In this document: positions 1-9,521 of the stretch, in pieces | Position numbering within the stretch: the stretch's first letter is position 1 | Layout of the letters: each line of letters starts with the position of its first letter | NCBI GenBank assembly: GCA_964561025.1 | Contig: CAZLNM010000012.1 | Coordinates: forward strand, 416 to 64,415 | DNA from: an uncultured Myxococcales bacterium | GTDB lineage: Bacteria > Myxococcota > B64-G9 | Direction of reading: 5' to 3' | DNA: 64,000 nucleotides | The notes under the pieces: model-generated | Seen by the model: only the letters and a program-made list of their open reading frames with translations | The model's database searches: none | What the model was told of the DNA's origin: nothing | Made by a program: the position numbers and the translations under genes

Positions 1-417
1 TTCATGAACAAGAGCGGAGAGTGCGTGGCGGCGGCGATGCGCTACTACCGCCTGACGCCGGAGGATCTTCTGGTGATCCACGACGACCTCGACCTCGAGT
101 TGGGGCGCATCCAGGTGCGCCGGGCGGGTGGCAGCGGAGGCCACCGCGGGGTCCAGTCGGTCATGGATTCGTTGGGCGAGGGCGGTTTTTACCGGTTGCG
201 CCTGGGTGTCGGCCGGCCGCCCGCGGAGCGAGACGCGGCCGACTGGGTGCTGGAGAGTTTTTCCGCGGGCGAGGCGGCGATCGCCCGGTCCATGATCGAG
301 CGCGGCGCCCAGGCGGTCGAGAGCCTGCTCTCCGAGGGCCTGACCGCCGCGATGAACCGCTTCAACCCCTGGCCCGCCGAGGGCCAGGACCCGGCGTCCG
401 CAGCGGACGTCGAATAA
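1..417 (+). CDS. pth: peptidyl-tRNA hydrolase, C-terminal part (5' end outside window)
   Basis: The frame is open to the window edge. The translation (VIHDDLDLELGRIQVRRAGGSGGHRGVQS ... RLRLGVGRP) matches conserved Pth motifs. It lies just upstream of rpsF-rpsR-rplI, a common arrangement. Confidence 0.85.
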   Translation, partial: FMNKSGECVAAAMRYYRLTPEDLLVIHDDLDLELGRIQVRRAGGSGGHRGVQSVMDSLGEGGFYRLRLGVGRPPAERDAADWVLESFSAGEAAIARSMIERGAQAVESLLSEGLTAAMNRFNPWPAEGQDPASAADVE

Positions 418-504
418 CCGGCCGGCTCGCTACCGCAGGCGACCCGGCCCCAACTCCTTGCCCCTGGACGATGATCCTTGGGCTTTATCCGGAAGGAGGC
501 CCCC

Positions 505-1017
505 ATGAACCTGCGGGAATACGAAACTCTGTACATCCTCAAACCCGACCTGCCCGACGAGCAGGTGGCCAAGCTCAACGAGCGGCTCACCGGCGTGCTC
601 GGGCGCGAGGGCGCGCGCATCCTGCGCCTGGACGTGTGGGGCCGCAAGAAGCTGGCCTACGAGGTGCGCAAGAACCCGAAGGGGTTGTACGTGCACCTGT
701 CCTACCTCAGCCAGCCGCAGGTGGTGGCCGAGTTCGAGCGCAACCTGCGCGTGATCGAGTCGGTGATCAAGTACCAGACCATTCGCATCGCCGACAACGT
801 GGACGTGGAGGAACGCCTGCGCCGGCAGGAGGCCGAGGATCGCCTGCGCGCGGCCGAGGAAGCCCGCCGCGCGGCCGAAGGCCCGAAGGTCACCGAGAGC
901 GTGTCCGAGACATCCGAGGACAATCCCCGCGAGGCCCGCTCGCAGAGGATCTCGGATGTGGAGCCGGGCGACGAGCGGATGGACGAGCCGGAATACGAAG
1001 GGCGCAAGGAGGACTAG
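505..1017 (+). CDS. rpsF: 30S ribosomal protein S6 with long acidic C-terminal extension
   Basis: MNLREYETLYILKPDL...WGRKKLAYEV is the canonical S6 N-terminus. I moved the start to ATG 505, which follows a ggaaggagg RBS; the ORF track starts at 478. Confidence 0.9.
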   Translation: MNLREYETLYILKPDLPDEQVAKLNERLTGVLGREGARILRLDVWGRKKLAYEVRKNPKGLYVHLSYLSQPQVVAEFERNLRVIESVIKYQTIRIADNVDVEERLRRQEAEDRLRAAEEARRAAEGPKVTESVSETSEDNPREARSQRISDVEPGDERMDEPEYEGRKED

Positions 1018-1020
1018 GCC

Positions 1021-1284
1021 ATGAGAGACGAAGCCGACAAGGAAAAAGGCCGCAAGCCCCGCCGTTCGTTCTCGCGCAAGAAGGTGTGCCGTTTCTGCGC
1101 GGATCGCAACCTCCAGGTCGACTACCGCGACCCGAACACCCTGCGCCTGTTCGTGACCGAACGAGGCAAGATCATCCCGCGGCGCATCTCTGGCAACTGC
1201 GCGCAACACCAGCGCAAGGTGGCCGCCGCCATCAAGCGGGCGCGCCAGATCGCCCTGCTGCCCTACACCCAGAACGTCATCTGA
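1021..1284 (+). CDS. rpsR: 30S ribosomal protein S18
   Basis: [60 protein letters not shown] is the conserved S18 core. Confidence 0.92.
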   Translation: MRDEADKEKGRKPRRSFSRKKVCRFCADRNLQVDYRDPNTLRLFVTERGKIIPRRISGNCAQHQRKVAAAIKRARQIALLPYTQNVI

Positions 1285-1303
1285 GGCGGGACGGAGGCAA
1301 ATC

Positions 1304-1747
1304 ATGAAAGTCATTCTTCGCGAAGACGTGCCCTCGCTGGGCAACGTGGGCGAGCTGGTCAACGTCAAGGACGGTTACGCCCGCAACTTCTTGCTGCCGC
1401 GGGGCCTGGCCCTGCCGGCCAACGAGAAGAACGCGCGCCAGATCGAACATCAAAAGCGCCTGGTGGAGCAGCGCCGCCTCAAGCTGCAGAAGGACGCCCA
1501 GGCGGTGGCCGACAAGCTGCAATCGGTCTCCTGCACCATCCCCATGCTGGTGGGCGAGCAGGACAAGCTGTTCGGTTCGGTGACCGCCAAGGACATCGAG
1601 GAGGCCCTGCAGAACGAGGGCGTGCGCATCTCGCGCAAGCAGATCCTGCTCGCGGAGCCCATCAAGGCGCTCGGCGTGTACACCGTGGACGTGAAACTGC
1701 ACGCCGACGTGGTGGGCAAGCTCAAGGTGTGGGTGGTGGCCAAGTAG
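1304..1747 (+). CDS. rplI: 50S ribosomal protein L9
   Basis: MKVILREDVPSLGNVGELVNVKDGYARNFLLPRGLA is the L9 N-domain signature. The gene follows rpsR. Confidence 0.92.
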   Translation: MKVILREDVPSLGNVGELVNVKDGYARNFLLPRGLALPANEKNARQIEHQKRLVEQRRLKLQKDAQAVADKLQSVSCTIPMLVGEQDKLFGSVTAKDIEEALQNEGVRISRKQILLAEPIKALGVYTVDVKLHADVVGKLKVWVVAK

Positions 1748-1757
1748 CGGAGCGCGG

Positions 1758-3116
1758 ATGGCGGACGAGAGCACCTCGGGACGGTTGCCGCCCCAGAACC
1801 TGGACGCCGAGCGCTCCATCCTGGGCGGGGTCCTGCTCAACAACGCCGCCATGGACCAGATCCTGGATCTGGTCGAGGAAGAGGACTTCTACCGTGACGC
1901 CCACCGCCGCATCTTCGCGGCCATGCGCGAGATGTCGTCGCGGGGGGAGGCCATCGACTACCTCACCCTGGAGAACCAGCTCAAGGGCCAGGGTCACCTG
2001 GACGAGGTGGGCGGCGCCGCCTACCTGGCGGCGCTCACCGACGCGGTGCCGGCGACCGCCAACATCGTGCACTACGCCCGCATCGTTCGCGACAAGGCCG
2101 TGGCCCGGCGCCTGATCCAGGCGTCCAGCGAGATCCTGCAGAGCGGTTTCGACGGGGGCGAGGACCTGGACGAGGTGATCGGGCGCGCCGAGAACCTCAT
2201 CTTTGGGGTGGCCCAGAAGCGCTTCCAGAGCGGCGTCAGCCACATCAAGGATCTGGTGCGCGAGAGTTTCGACGCCATCGAGCGGCTCTACGAGCGGCAG
2301 GAGCAGTACACCGGGGTGCCGTCCGGCTTCAAGGACCTGGACGACATGACCTCGGGGTTCCAGAAGGGCGATCTGATCATCCTGGCCGCCCGGCCGTCGA
2401 TGGGCAAGACCTCGCTGGCGCTGAACATCGCCCAGTACGCCGCCCAGAAGCTCAAACTCCCGTCGTTGGTGTTCTCCCTGGAGATGAGCAAGGAGTCGCT
2501 CTCCATGCGCCTGCTGTGCGCCGAGGCCCGGGTGGACTTCCATCGCATGCGGCAGGGGCTGCTGGGGGACGCCGAGTGGGGCCACCTGGCGCGCGCCGCC
2601 GGCGCGCTCAGCGAGGCCAGCCTGTACATCGACGACACGCCCTCGATCCGGGTGATGGAGATGCGGGCCAAGGCGCGGCGCCTGCAGGCCGAGCTGCGCA
2701 AGCAGAACCAGGAGCTGGCCCTCATCGTCATGGACTACCTGCAGCTGGGCAGCCCCCCGCGCGGCTTGGACAGCCGGGAGAGAGAGATCTCCGAGATCTC
2801 CCGCTCGCTCAAGGCGCTGGCCAAGGAGCTCAACGTGCCGGTGCTGGCGCTTTCCCAGCTCTCGCGCAAGCCCGAGGGCCGCGAGGAGAAGCGGCCTCAG
2901 CTCGCGGACCTGCGCGAGTCCGGCGCCATCGAGCAGGACGCCGACGTGATCCTGTTCATCTACCGCGACGAGGTGTATAACCCGGAAACGGAGGACAAGG
3001 GCGTGGCGGAGGTGATTATCGGTAAACAGCGCAACGGGCCGACGGGCAAGGTGAAGCTGCGCTTCTTCAACGAGTATACGCGATTCGAGAGCCTGGCCCG
3101 CGGCACGCAGGACTGA
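1758..3116 (+). CDS. dnaB: replicative DNA helicase DnaB
   Basis: PPQNLDAERSILGGVLL N-terminal motif, Walker A ARPSMGKTS, MDYLQL, SQLSR and RESGAIEQDADV. At 452 aa there is no room for an intein. Confidence 0.93.
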   Translation: MADESTSGRLPPQNLDAERSILGGVLLNNAAMDQILDLVEEEDFYRDAHRRIFAAMREMSSRGEAIDYLTLENQLKGQGHLDEVGGAAYLAALTDAVPATANIVHYARIVRDKAVARRLIQASSEILQSGFDGGEDLDEVIGRAENLIFGVAQKRFQSGVSHIKDLVRESFDAIERLYERQEQYTGVPSGFKDLDDMTSGFQKGDLIILAARPSMGKTSLALNIAQYAAQKLKLPSLVFSLEMSKESLSMRLLCAEARVDFHRMRQGLLGDAEWGHLARAAGALSEASLYIDDTPSIRVMEMRAKARRLQAELRKQNQELALIVMDYLQLGSPPRGLDSREREISEISRSLKALAKELNVPVLALSQLSRKPEGREEKRPQLADLRESGAIEQDADVILFIYRDEVYNPETEDKGVAEVIIGKQRNGPTGKVKLRFFNEYTRFESLARGTQD

Positions 3117-3139
3117 GGACCCTTTCTGGGGGAAAGCCC

Positions 3140-4030
3140 ATGAACGCGGCCGAGCGGATCCTGGTGGTGGACGACGATCGCTTCAACTGCACCCTGATGC
3201 GCGAGCTGTGCGAGACGGCGGGGTTCTCGGTGGTGGAGGCGCACGATGGCATCGAGGCCCTCGAGCGCATCCGCGCCGAGCAGCCGCAGCTCGTGCTGCT
3301 GGACATCATGATGGGAGGCAAGGACGGCTTCCAGGTGCTGCAGGAGCTGCGGCGGACGCCGGCCACCGCGCGGCTCCCGGTCATCGTGGTCACTGCGCTG
3401 AGCGATCTGGACAGCAAGGTCCGGGGGCTCTCGCTGGGCGCGGACGACTACGTGACCAAGCCCTTCCACTCCATCGAGCTACAGACCCGTATCCGCATCG
3501 TGCTGGACGCCCATCGCTATCGGGCCCAGCTACAGGGGAGCGGCCAGAGCGAGGGGGCGCGCCTGCCGGCCGAGGTGCGCGGGTGCCAGGAGCTGGCAGA
3601 GGATCTGGAGATCGAATTCCGCCGCTCCGAGCGTTACCATCATCCGCTCTCCCTGGGGCTGATCTTGCTGGACGACAACGGGCCGCTGCCCGCGGAGCCG
3701 GCCCAGGCCGCCAAGCTCGGTGACGAGCTGCTTTCGGTGTTCCGCCGCACCTTGCGGGTGGTGGACCGGATCTACCGCCTGCAGCACGATCAGTTCGTGC
3801 TGCTGCTCCCGGAGACCCCGCTGGCGGGTGCCCGGGTGGCGCTGCGCCGCGTGCGTGAGGGCTGGGGCGCGAATCGCGCGCAGCCGCCGCCGACGTTCTC
3901 CGCGGCCATCACCCACAGCCCGCACCCGTCCATCAACGCCTCGCAACAGCTCCTGGAACAGGCCTCTCGCCTGCTGCAAGACGCCCACTGGAAGGGCGGA
4001 GATCGGCTGCTCGAGCTGCCCCCTGCCTGA
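3140..4030 (+). CDS. response regulator: receiver domain fused to a degenerate GGDEF-like domain
   Basis: REC motifs are present (ILVVDDD, LVLLDIMMGGKDG, DDYVTKPF). The C-terminal half aligns by eye to GGDEF, but the active site reads QHDQF. An RxxD (RVVD) sits 5 residues upstream of that position. Confidence 0.75.
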   Translation: MNAAERILVVDDDRFNCTLMRELCETAGFSVVEAHDGIEALERIRAEQPQLVLLDIMMGGKDGFQVLQELRRTPATARLPVIVVTALSDLDSKVRGLSLGADDYVTKPFHSIELQTRIRIVLDAHRYRAQLQGSGQSEGARLPAEVRGCQELAEDLEIEFRRSERYHHPLSLGLILLDDNGPLPAEPAQAAKLGDELLSVFRRTLRVVDRIYRLQHDQFVLLLPETPLAGARVALRRVREGWGANRAQPPPTFSAAITHSPHPSINASQQLLEQASRLLQDAHWKGGDRLLELPPA

Positions 4031-4055
4031 GAGGACCGGATTCTGCGAAGGTGTT

Positions 4056-4421
4056 TCAGCGCAACGCGGGGAAGAGCCACTGGGCCAGCGTGCCCAGGGC
4101 CGACATGACGGCCGCGCCCAGCAGCGCGGCGCCGGCGCCCTGGACGGTCAGGCGGTCGGTCAGCGCGTCGGTGACCTTGAGCAGGATGGCGTTGACGATC
4201 CAGCGGGTGATGAAGGCGAGCAGCAAGCCCAGGCCCAGGGTGGCCACCGCGATCACGGTGAAGATCAGCCAACCGATGAGGGTGTTGAGGACGCCGTAGA
4301 TGGCCGCGGCCACCACCGCGCCCCAGAATCCCCGGACCTTGATGCCGGGAACGATCAGCGTGGTCAGGTAGATGACGACCGAGAGCACCAGCCAGTTCAG
4401 CAGCAGGGTCATGGTTCGCAC
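4056..4421 (-). CDS. small 4-TM membrane protein, DUF360 / phage-holin superfamily IV-like
   Basis: 121 aa with four hydrophobic segments. LVLSVVIYLTTLIVPGIKVRGFWGAVVAAAIYGVLNTLI is typical of the YvlD/DUF360 family. Confidence 0.6.
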   Translation of the reverse strand: MRTMTLLLNWLVLSVVIYLTTLIVPGIKVRGFWGAVVAAAIYGVLNTLIGWLIFTVIAVATLGLGLLLAFITRWIVNAILLKVTDALTDRLTVQGAGAALLGAAVMSALGTLAQWLFPALR

Positions 4422-5170
4422 CGCCTTCCTCGCGACAGGAGCGCATTTCTCAGGTACGCCCGCACCGCCCGCCGCGCCAGCACCACGGAGGAGCGGAGCG
4501 ACAGCCCGCGGGCCAGCCCGGCGGCGATCCCCGAGGTGAACCGGCAGCCGGTGCCCCGGGCCCGGACCGGGATCCGGGGGGCAGCATACGTCACTTCGCC
4601 TTGCGCGTCGACCAGGAAGTCGCGAGGCTGGCCGGCGTCGTCGCCGGTGGTGATGATCACCGCCCGCGCGCCCATGTGGACGAGGGCGCGCGCCGCGCGG
4701 CGTACCGATTCGGCGTCCGGCAAGCGCTGCCCGAGGATGACCTCGGCCTCGCGTCGATTGGGCTTGAGCAAGGTGGCGCGAGGAATCAGCCGCTCGCGAA
4801 GCACCCGCAGGCCCGCGCCATCCAGCAGGGGCGGTCCGGCGCTGGCACGCAACACCGGATCGAGCACCAGCGGAACCCGGCCCAGCTCGTCTAGCAGGCG
4901 CGCCACCTCGCGCGCCATGGCGGCGCTCCCCAGCATGCCGATCTTGATCACCCGCGGGCGGCCCTCGCGCAGCAAGGCCTCCGCCTGGCGGCGTAGCCAG
5001 GCGGGGGACAGCGCGCGCCGCGCCAGGAACTCGCGACTGTTCTGCGCGGTGAGCGAGGTGACCAGCGCGGCGGCCGACACCCCGAGCGCGTCGAACGCCA
5101 TCACGTCCGCCAGGACACCGGCGCCGCCGGAGGGATCGAATCCGCCGATGGCCCAGGCGCGGATCTTCAT
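4409..5170 (-). CDS. thiD: hydroxymethylpyrimidine/phosphomethylpyrimidine kinase
   Basis: AIGGFDPSGGAGVLADVMAF...VTSLTAQNS N-terminus plus a ribokinase-fold C-terminus (GTGCRFTSGIAAGLA). Its start overlaps the upstream protease gene's stop in a 4-nt ATGA. Confidence 0.8.
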   Translation of the reverse strand: MKIRAWAIGGFDPSGGAGVLADVMAFDALGVSAAALVTSLTAQNSREFLARRALSPAWLRRQAEALLREGRPRVIKIGMLGSAAMAREVARLLDELGRVPLVLDPVLRASAGPPLLDGAGLRVLRERLIPRATLLKPNRREAEVILGQRLPDAESVRRAARALVHMGARAVIITTGDDAGQPRDFLVDAQGEVTYAAPRIPVRARGTGCRFTSGIAAGLARGLSLRSSVVLARRAVRAYLRNALLSRGRRCEP

Positions 5171-6684
5171 CTTCCGATCACCAGGAACATCTGTCCCTCT
5201 CCCCGCTGCACCAACAACAACACCTGCCGGCCCCGGCCCTTGGCCAGGGCCCGGCCCACGTCGTCAGGGCGAGTGACGCGCTGGCGGTTGACCTCCAGGA
5301 TCACGTCCCCCGGACGCAGCAGGCCGCCGGTCGGGCCGTCGGGCTCCACCTGGACCACCACCACGCCGCGCAACGCCGGGTCCACTCCCAGCCGGCGCGC
5401 GCGTTCCGGGGTGAGCTCGGAGACCTTGACCCCGATGTCGGTGTCCTGCTCCTCGGCTTCGGTGCGATCCCGGGGCGCGGCCGGCGCCCGTCCCGTGACC
5501 TGGGCCTCGCCGGCATCGCGGTCGCCCAGCACCACGTTGACCGTCTGGCGTTTCCCATCCCGCAGCAACTCGAGTTGAACCTTGCCTCCCGGGGGCAGGC
5601 TGCCGATGCGGGCCGTGAGCTGGCGGCCGTCGGAGATCGGGGTCCCATTCACGCTCAGCACCACGTCGCCGCTCTTCAGGCCGGCCTTCTCGGCCGGGCT
5701 GCCCACGTACACCTGGGACACCAGGGCGCCGCCGCCGCGGGTGGCGCCGAACTGCTCGGCTAGCTCCTCGTTGAGGTCCTGGATTCCGATGCCCAGCCAG
5801 CCGCGGACCACCTTCCCCGACGAGCGCAGCTGCGGCAGCAGGCTCTTGACCAGGTTCACCGGGACCGCGAACCCGATGCTGGAGCCTCCCTGGATGATGG
5901 CGGTGTTGATCCCCACCACGTTCCCGGCGGTGTCGAACAGAGGCCCGCCGGAGTTGCCGGGGTTGATCGAGGCGTCGGTCTGCAAGAAGTCGTCGTACGG
6001 TCCATGACCGATCTGACGGTCCTTGCCGCTGATGATGCCGGCGGTGACGGTGTGACCCAGTCCGAAGGGGTTGCCGATGGCGATCACCCAGTCACCCACC
6101 TCCAGCCGATCCGAGTCGCCGAGGTAAGCGAAGGGCAGGGGCGACTTGGGGTTCACTTTCAACAAGGCGATGTCGGTGCGCGGATCGCCACCGATGAGTT
6201 TCGCCTCCAGGGTTTGCTCGTCCGCCAGACGGACCTTGATCTCGCTGGCGTTCGCCACCACGTGGTGGTTGGTGACCACATAACCGTCGGGACTGATGAT
6301 GACGCCGGAGCCGAGCGAAGGGGCCCGAAAACCACCCCGCGGCATGTCCAGCGAGGGGTCGTCCCCGAAGAAGAAATCGAAGAAGGGGTCCATGCGGGGC
6401 AGGCCGCGCCGCAAGCCGCCCGGGGAGCGGATCACCTGTGTGGTGTGGATGTTCACCACCGCCGGCTTGAGCTGCTTGACCAACCCGGATAGCGATGGAA
6501 TCGGTGCGGTGCCTGGAGCCAACAGCGGCGAACCTGGCGCTCGTTCCTGCCAGAACGTCCCTTCGGGCCGTGGCTCCGCCAGCACTCGCTGTCCGAAGAA
6601 AGCCGTTAGCAGCGCGATGGGGACGGACGCCAAGAGCAGCAAGCGAAATCGTCTCAGGGCCTGACCGCTACCGTTGGCTCGCAT
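5167..6684 (-). CDS. periplasmic serine endoprotease, DegP/HtrA family, two PDZ domains
   Basis: Signal peptide, catalytic triad contexts TNHHVV / DIALLK / GNSGGPLF, then two PDZ-like segments. Confidence 0.88.
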   Translation of the reverse strand: MRANGSGQALRRFRLLLLASVPIALLTAFFGQRVLAEPRPEGTFWQERAPGSPLLAPGTAPIPSLSGLVKQLKPAVVNIHTTQVIRSPGGLRRGLPRMDPFFDFFFGDDPSLDMPRGGFRAPSLGSGVIISPDGYVVTNHHVVANASEIKVRLADEQTLEAKLIGGDPRTDIALLKVNPKSPLPFAYLGDSDRLEVGDWVIAIGNPFGLGHTVTAGIISGKDRQIGHGPYDDFLQTDASINPGNSGGPLFDTAGNVVGINTAIIQGGSSIGFAVPVNLVKSLLPQLRSSGKVVRGWLGIGIQDLNEELAEQFGATRGGGALVSQVYVGSPAEKAGLKSGDVVLSVNGTPISDGRQLTARIGSLPPGGKVQLELLRDGKRQTVNVVLGDRDAGEAQVTGRAPAAPRDRTEAEEQDTDIGVKVSELTPERARRLGVDPALRGVVVVQVEPDGPTGGLLRPGDVILEVNRQRVTRPDDVGRALAKGRGRQVLLLVQRGEGQMFLVIGR

Positions 6685-6802
6685 GGATTCCTCCTTCCGT
6701 CAGCGCGGGCGCACCGGGTTTCGGCGAAATCATAATGCCGAGCGGGCCCGCGTCAATGCCCACAACGCGGTGGCGAAGAGCCGTATTCCCCGAATGCATA
6801 CC

Positions 6803-7081
6803 CTAGGTCGCGTGGCGGCGATGGGGGCGGGCTGGCGCGAGGTTCAGCGTTTTGAGGCGCAGGCGGAGGGTATTGCGGTGGATGCCCAGGATCTTCGAGG
6901 CCTCGGTCTGGGACCCGTTCGCCCGGCCCATGACCTCCTCGAGCAGCGCCCGCTCCACCTCCTCCAGGACCCGTCGGTACAGGTCGGGCGCGCGGTGCCG
7001 CCCCAGCCGATCCAGTAGTTGGGCCATCTTGATCCGCACCAGTGCCCCCAAGGGCAACCGCTCCACCTCGCTCGAATTCAT
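6803..7081 (-). CDS. Fis-type helix-turn-helix DNA-binding protein
   Basis: The C-terminus (GSQTEASKILGIHRNTLRLRLKTLNL) is the Fis/NtrC-type HTH_8 motif. 4-nt overlap with the upstream glycosyltransferase gene. Confidence 0.7.
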   Translation of the reverse strand: MNSSEVERLPLGALVRIKMAQLLDRLGRHRAPDLYRRVLEEVERALLEEVMGRANGSQTEASKILGIHRNTLRLRLKTLNLAPARPHRRHAT

Positions 7082-8292
7082 CGAGTCTTACCTCGCTCGT
7101 CGAAGACCGCCCGCCCTTTCCAGCGCACCGCCCGCCCCAGCAGGTGCAGCCACGCCGAGCGCATGAGGATGAACACCGCGACCAGATTGCCCAGCGGCGC
7201 CAAGACGGCGAAGGCCGGGTACCAGCGGTTGATCGCGCGCAGCCAGGTTTGCAAAAAGAGCACCAGCGGGTAGATGCCGATCACCGTCCAGGCCATGACG
7301 GCGGGCCTGGGTTCGCTCGGGAGCGCCAGCGCCGCGGCCAGCGCCGCCAGCGGAGGCCACAAGCTCAGCGCGAGTGAGGCGAGGGCGGCCAGCAAGACGC
7401 GGGTCGGGCGAGAACGCAGGATCAGGTGGAAGTTCTTGGTCCAGCCCGCCACCAGCTCCCGCAGCGAGCGGTACATGCGGGTGGAGAAGAGGTCGCGCCC
7501 GATGGCCAGGCGCATCCGGAATCCGGCGGCCGTGATGGCGCGGGCCAGCTCCACGTCCTCCAGCACCTTGCCGCGAACCGCGGCGTGGCCACCGGCGGCC
7601 AGGTACGCTTCTCGCCGTACCAGCATGAACTGGCCGTTGGCGAACACCTCCGCCCGGGCGGGATCGTTCACACGGCGTGGGCGGTTGAACAGGGCGATGA
7701 GCGCCGCCACGCTGGGTTGGACCACCCGCTCCCAGAAGCTGCGCGCCTCCAGATGCGGCACCAGGGTGAGCAGATCGACGGACTCCGCGGTGGCGTAGTC
7801 GAGGGCGGCGCCGACGCCGTGCGGGTGGTGGCGGGTATCCGCGTCGGTGAAGAGCAGCCATTCCCCCTTCGGTTGACCCTGCGTCACGCCGATGTGCAGG
7901 GCGTGGCATTTGCCGGTCCAGCCCGGTGGCGGTTCGGGGGCGGACAGCAGCCTCACCCGGTTGTCGCGCCCGGCGATGTCGCCGACGATCCGCGCGGTGG
8001 CGTCCTGGGAACGATCATCGATCACCAGGATCTCCGCGAGCGGAGGATCCTGCGAAAGCAGCGATTCGAGACAGGGTCCGATGTTCTCGGCTTCGTCGCG
8101 GGCGGGGATCAGGACGCTGGGCGGCGCGAACTCCCGGCGCGCCTTTTGCGGTGCGAGGCGAGGAGTGGCGCGGTGTTCGGCGAGGTTGATCGCGAAGAGG
8201 GCGATCCATATCGCGCCGACGGAAAGGGAGATGATCCACAGGGCGAGCATCCGGCGGGCTCGACTGTCATACGAGCGCGCGCGCGCTGTCAA
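7078..8292 (-). CDS. family 2 glycosyltransferase, membrane-anchored
   Basis: VLIPARDEAENIGPCLESL...VIDDRSQD...FTDADT are GT2 motifs, flanked by N- and C-terminal TM segments. The exact start is uncertain (8292 or the internal Met at about 8250). Confidence 0.75.
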   Translation of the reverse strand: MTARARSYDSRARRMLALWIISLSVGAIWIALFAINLAEHRATPRLAPQKARREFAPPSVLIPARDEAENIGPCLESLLSQDPPLAEILVIDDRSQDATARIVGDIAGRDNRVRLLSAPEPPPGWTGKCHALHIGVTQGQPKGEWLLFTDADTRHHPHGVGAALDYATAESVDLLTLVPHLEARSFWERVVQPSVAALIALFNRPRRVNDPARAEVFANGQFMLVRREAYLAAGGHAAVRGKVLEDVELARAITAAGFRMRLAIGRDLFSTRMYRSLRELVAGWTKNFHLILRSRPTRVLLAALASLALSLWPPLAALAAALALPSEPRPAVMAWTVIGIYPLVLFLQTWLRAINRWYPAFAVLAPLGNLVAVFILMRSAWLHLLGRAVRWKGRAVFDERGKTR

Positions 8293-8351
8293 GCCGAGCC
8301 GCGTCAGGCGCGGGCGGGTTGTGTTTACGCTTGAAATATCAACGATTTATC

Positions 8352-8380
8352 TTGACTCTCGCGCCGCGTCTTTCTAGCAT
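8352..8380 (+). promoter_or_regulatory. sigma-70-like promoter candidate for the PfkB kinase gene
   Basis: TTGACT (8352-8357), 17-nt spacer, TAGCAT (8375-8380), about 45 nt upstream of the GTG start, which has a gaggaggag RBS. Confidence 0.35.
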
Positions 8381-8425
8381 CGGCCAGGCGGAGGGGACCG
8401 GGACCGGAGGGGCTGAGGAGGAGCC

Positions 8426-9319
8426 GTGGGATTCGAGGTGGTGGGTGTCGGTCATTGCGCCGCGGACTACCTGGGAGTGGTGGAAAGCTACCCGCAGGTG
8501 GACACCAAGATCGAGCTTTCCCAGTTCAGCATGCAGGGCGGCGGGCCGGTGGCCACCGCGCTGGTGACGCTCTCCGCGCTGGGAGTGGAGACCAGCTTCA
8601 TCGGCAAGATCTCCGACGACGAGTTCGGCCGCTTCATCCACCAGGGCCTGCGGGAGGCCGGGGTGGACACGCGGGGGTTGGTGATCGAGCCCGGCTACAT
8701 CTCGCCGTTCAGCTTCATCGCGGTGGAGTCCGGTAGCGGCAAGCGCACGGTGTTCTGGACCCGCGGCGACCTTCCGCCGCTGCGACCGGATGAAGTGCGT
8801 CTGGACGTGTTGGAGTCGGCCCGGGTGCTCCACGTCGACGGCCTGGCCATCGAGGCCCAGCTCCACGCCGCTCGCCACGCGCGGAGCCGCGGCATCCCGG
8901 TGGTGTTCGACGCCGGCAGCCCGCGCGAGGGGATGGACGATCTGCTGAAACTCTGCGACGTGCTGGTGGCCTCGGAGCGTTTTGCGGCGGAGTACGGCGG
9001 CGGGGCGTTGGGCGAGAGCCTGAAGGCCCTGCGCGCGCGCGGTCCCAAGACCGTGGTGATCACCATCGGCGCCGACGGCTCGGTGGGGATGGAGGGCGAG
9101 GAGACCTACGTGGTTCCGGCGCACGCCGTGGAAACGGTCGATACCACCGGCGCGGGAGACGTCTACCATGGGGCCTTCATCTTCGGTATGCTGCGCGGCA
9201 TGAAGTTCCGCGAGCGCATGCACTTCGCCAACGTGGCGGCGGCGCTCAAGTGCCGGTCTTTGGGGGGACGGGCCGGCATCCCGACCCTCGAAGAGATCGA
9301 TCGCGAGCTGGGCGAATGA
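8426..9319 (+). CDS. PfkB-family carbohydrate kinase (ribokinase-like)
   Basis: Shows the N-terminal GxG region and the C-terminal TGAGDVYHGAF signature of the PfkB family. Confidence 0.8.
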   Translation: MGFEVVGVGHCAADYLGVVESYPQVDTKIELSQFSMQGGGPVATALVTLSALGVETSFIGKISDDEFGRFIHQGLREAGVDTRGLVIEPGYISPFSFIAVESGSGKRTVFWTRGDLPPLRPDEVRLDVLESARVLHVDGLAIEAQLHAARHARSRGIPVVFDAGSPREGMDDLLKLCDVLVASERFAAEYGGGALGESLKALRARGPKTVVITIGADGSVGMEGEETYVVPAHAVETVDTTGAGDVYHGAFIFGMLRGMKFRERMHFANVAAALKCRSLGGRAGIPTLEEIDRELGE

Positions 9320-9423
9320 CCTTTTCTCCCTTGCGCTGATCGCGCAACATGAGGCGGCGCCAGGGCGGGGAGCGATGGACCCCTCTCGGAGCTAGACTCC
9401 ATGCGGTCCCGAGCGTTTTCTCT

Positions 9424-9452
9424 CTTGACACTCGATGAACGGCTGCATACAC
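9424..9452 (+). promoter_or_regulatory. sigma-70-like promoter candidate for the HU/IHF-family gene
   Basis: TTGACA (9424-9429), 17-nt spacer, TACACT (9447-9452). The leader contains a short hairpin (ccgtttcc...ggaaacgg). Confidence 0.35.
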
Positions 9453-9521
9453 TGCCGCCGTTTCCCACCGCGGAAACGGCCGCCGGTGCGGTGCGGCGGT
9501 GTAACACAAACGGGAGGATCC

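Noticed and set aside
1758-3116. Possible intein or mobile insertion in dnaB
   Set aside because: The product is 452 aa with contiguous helicase motifs, so there is no extra sequence.
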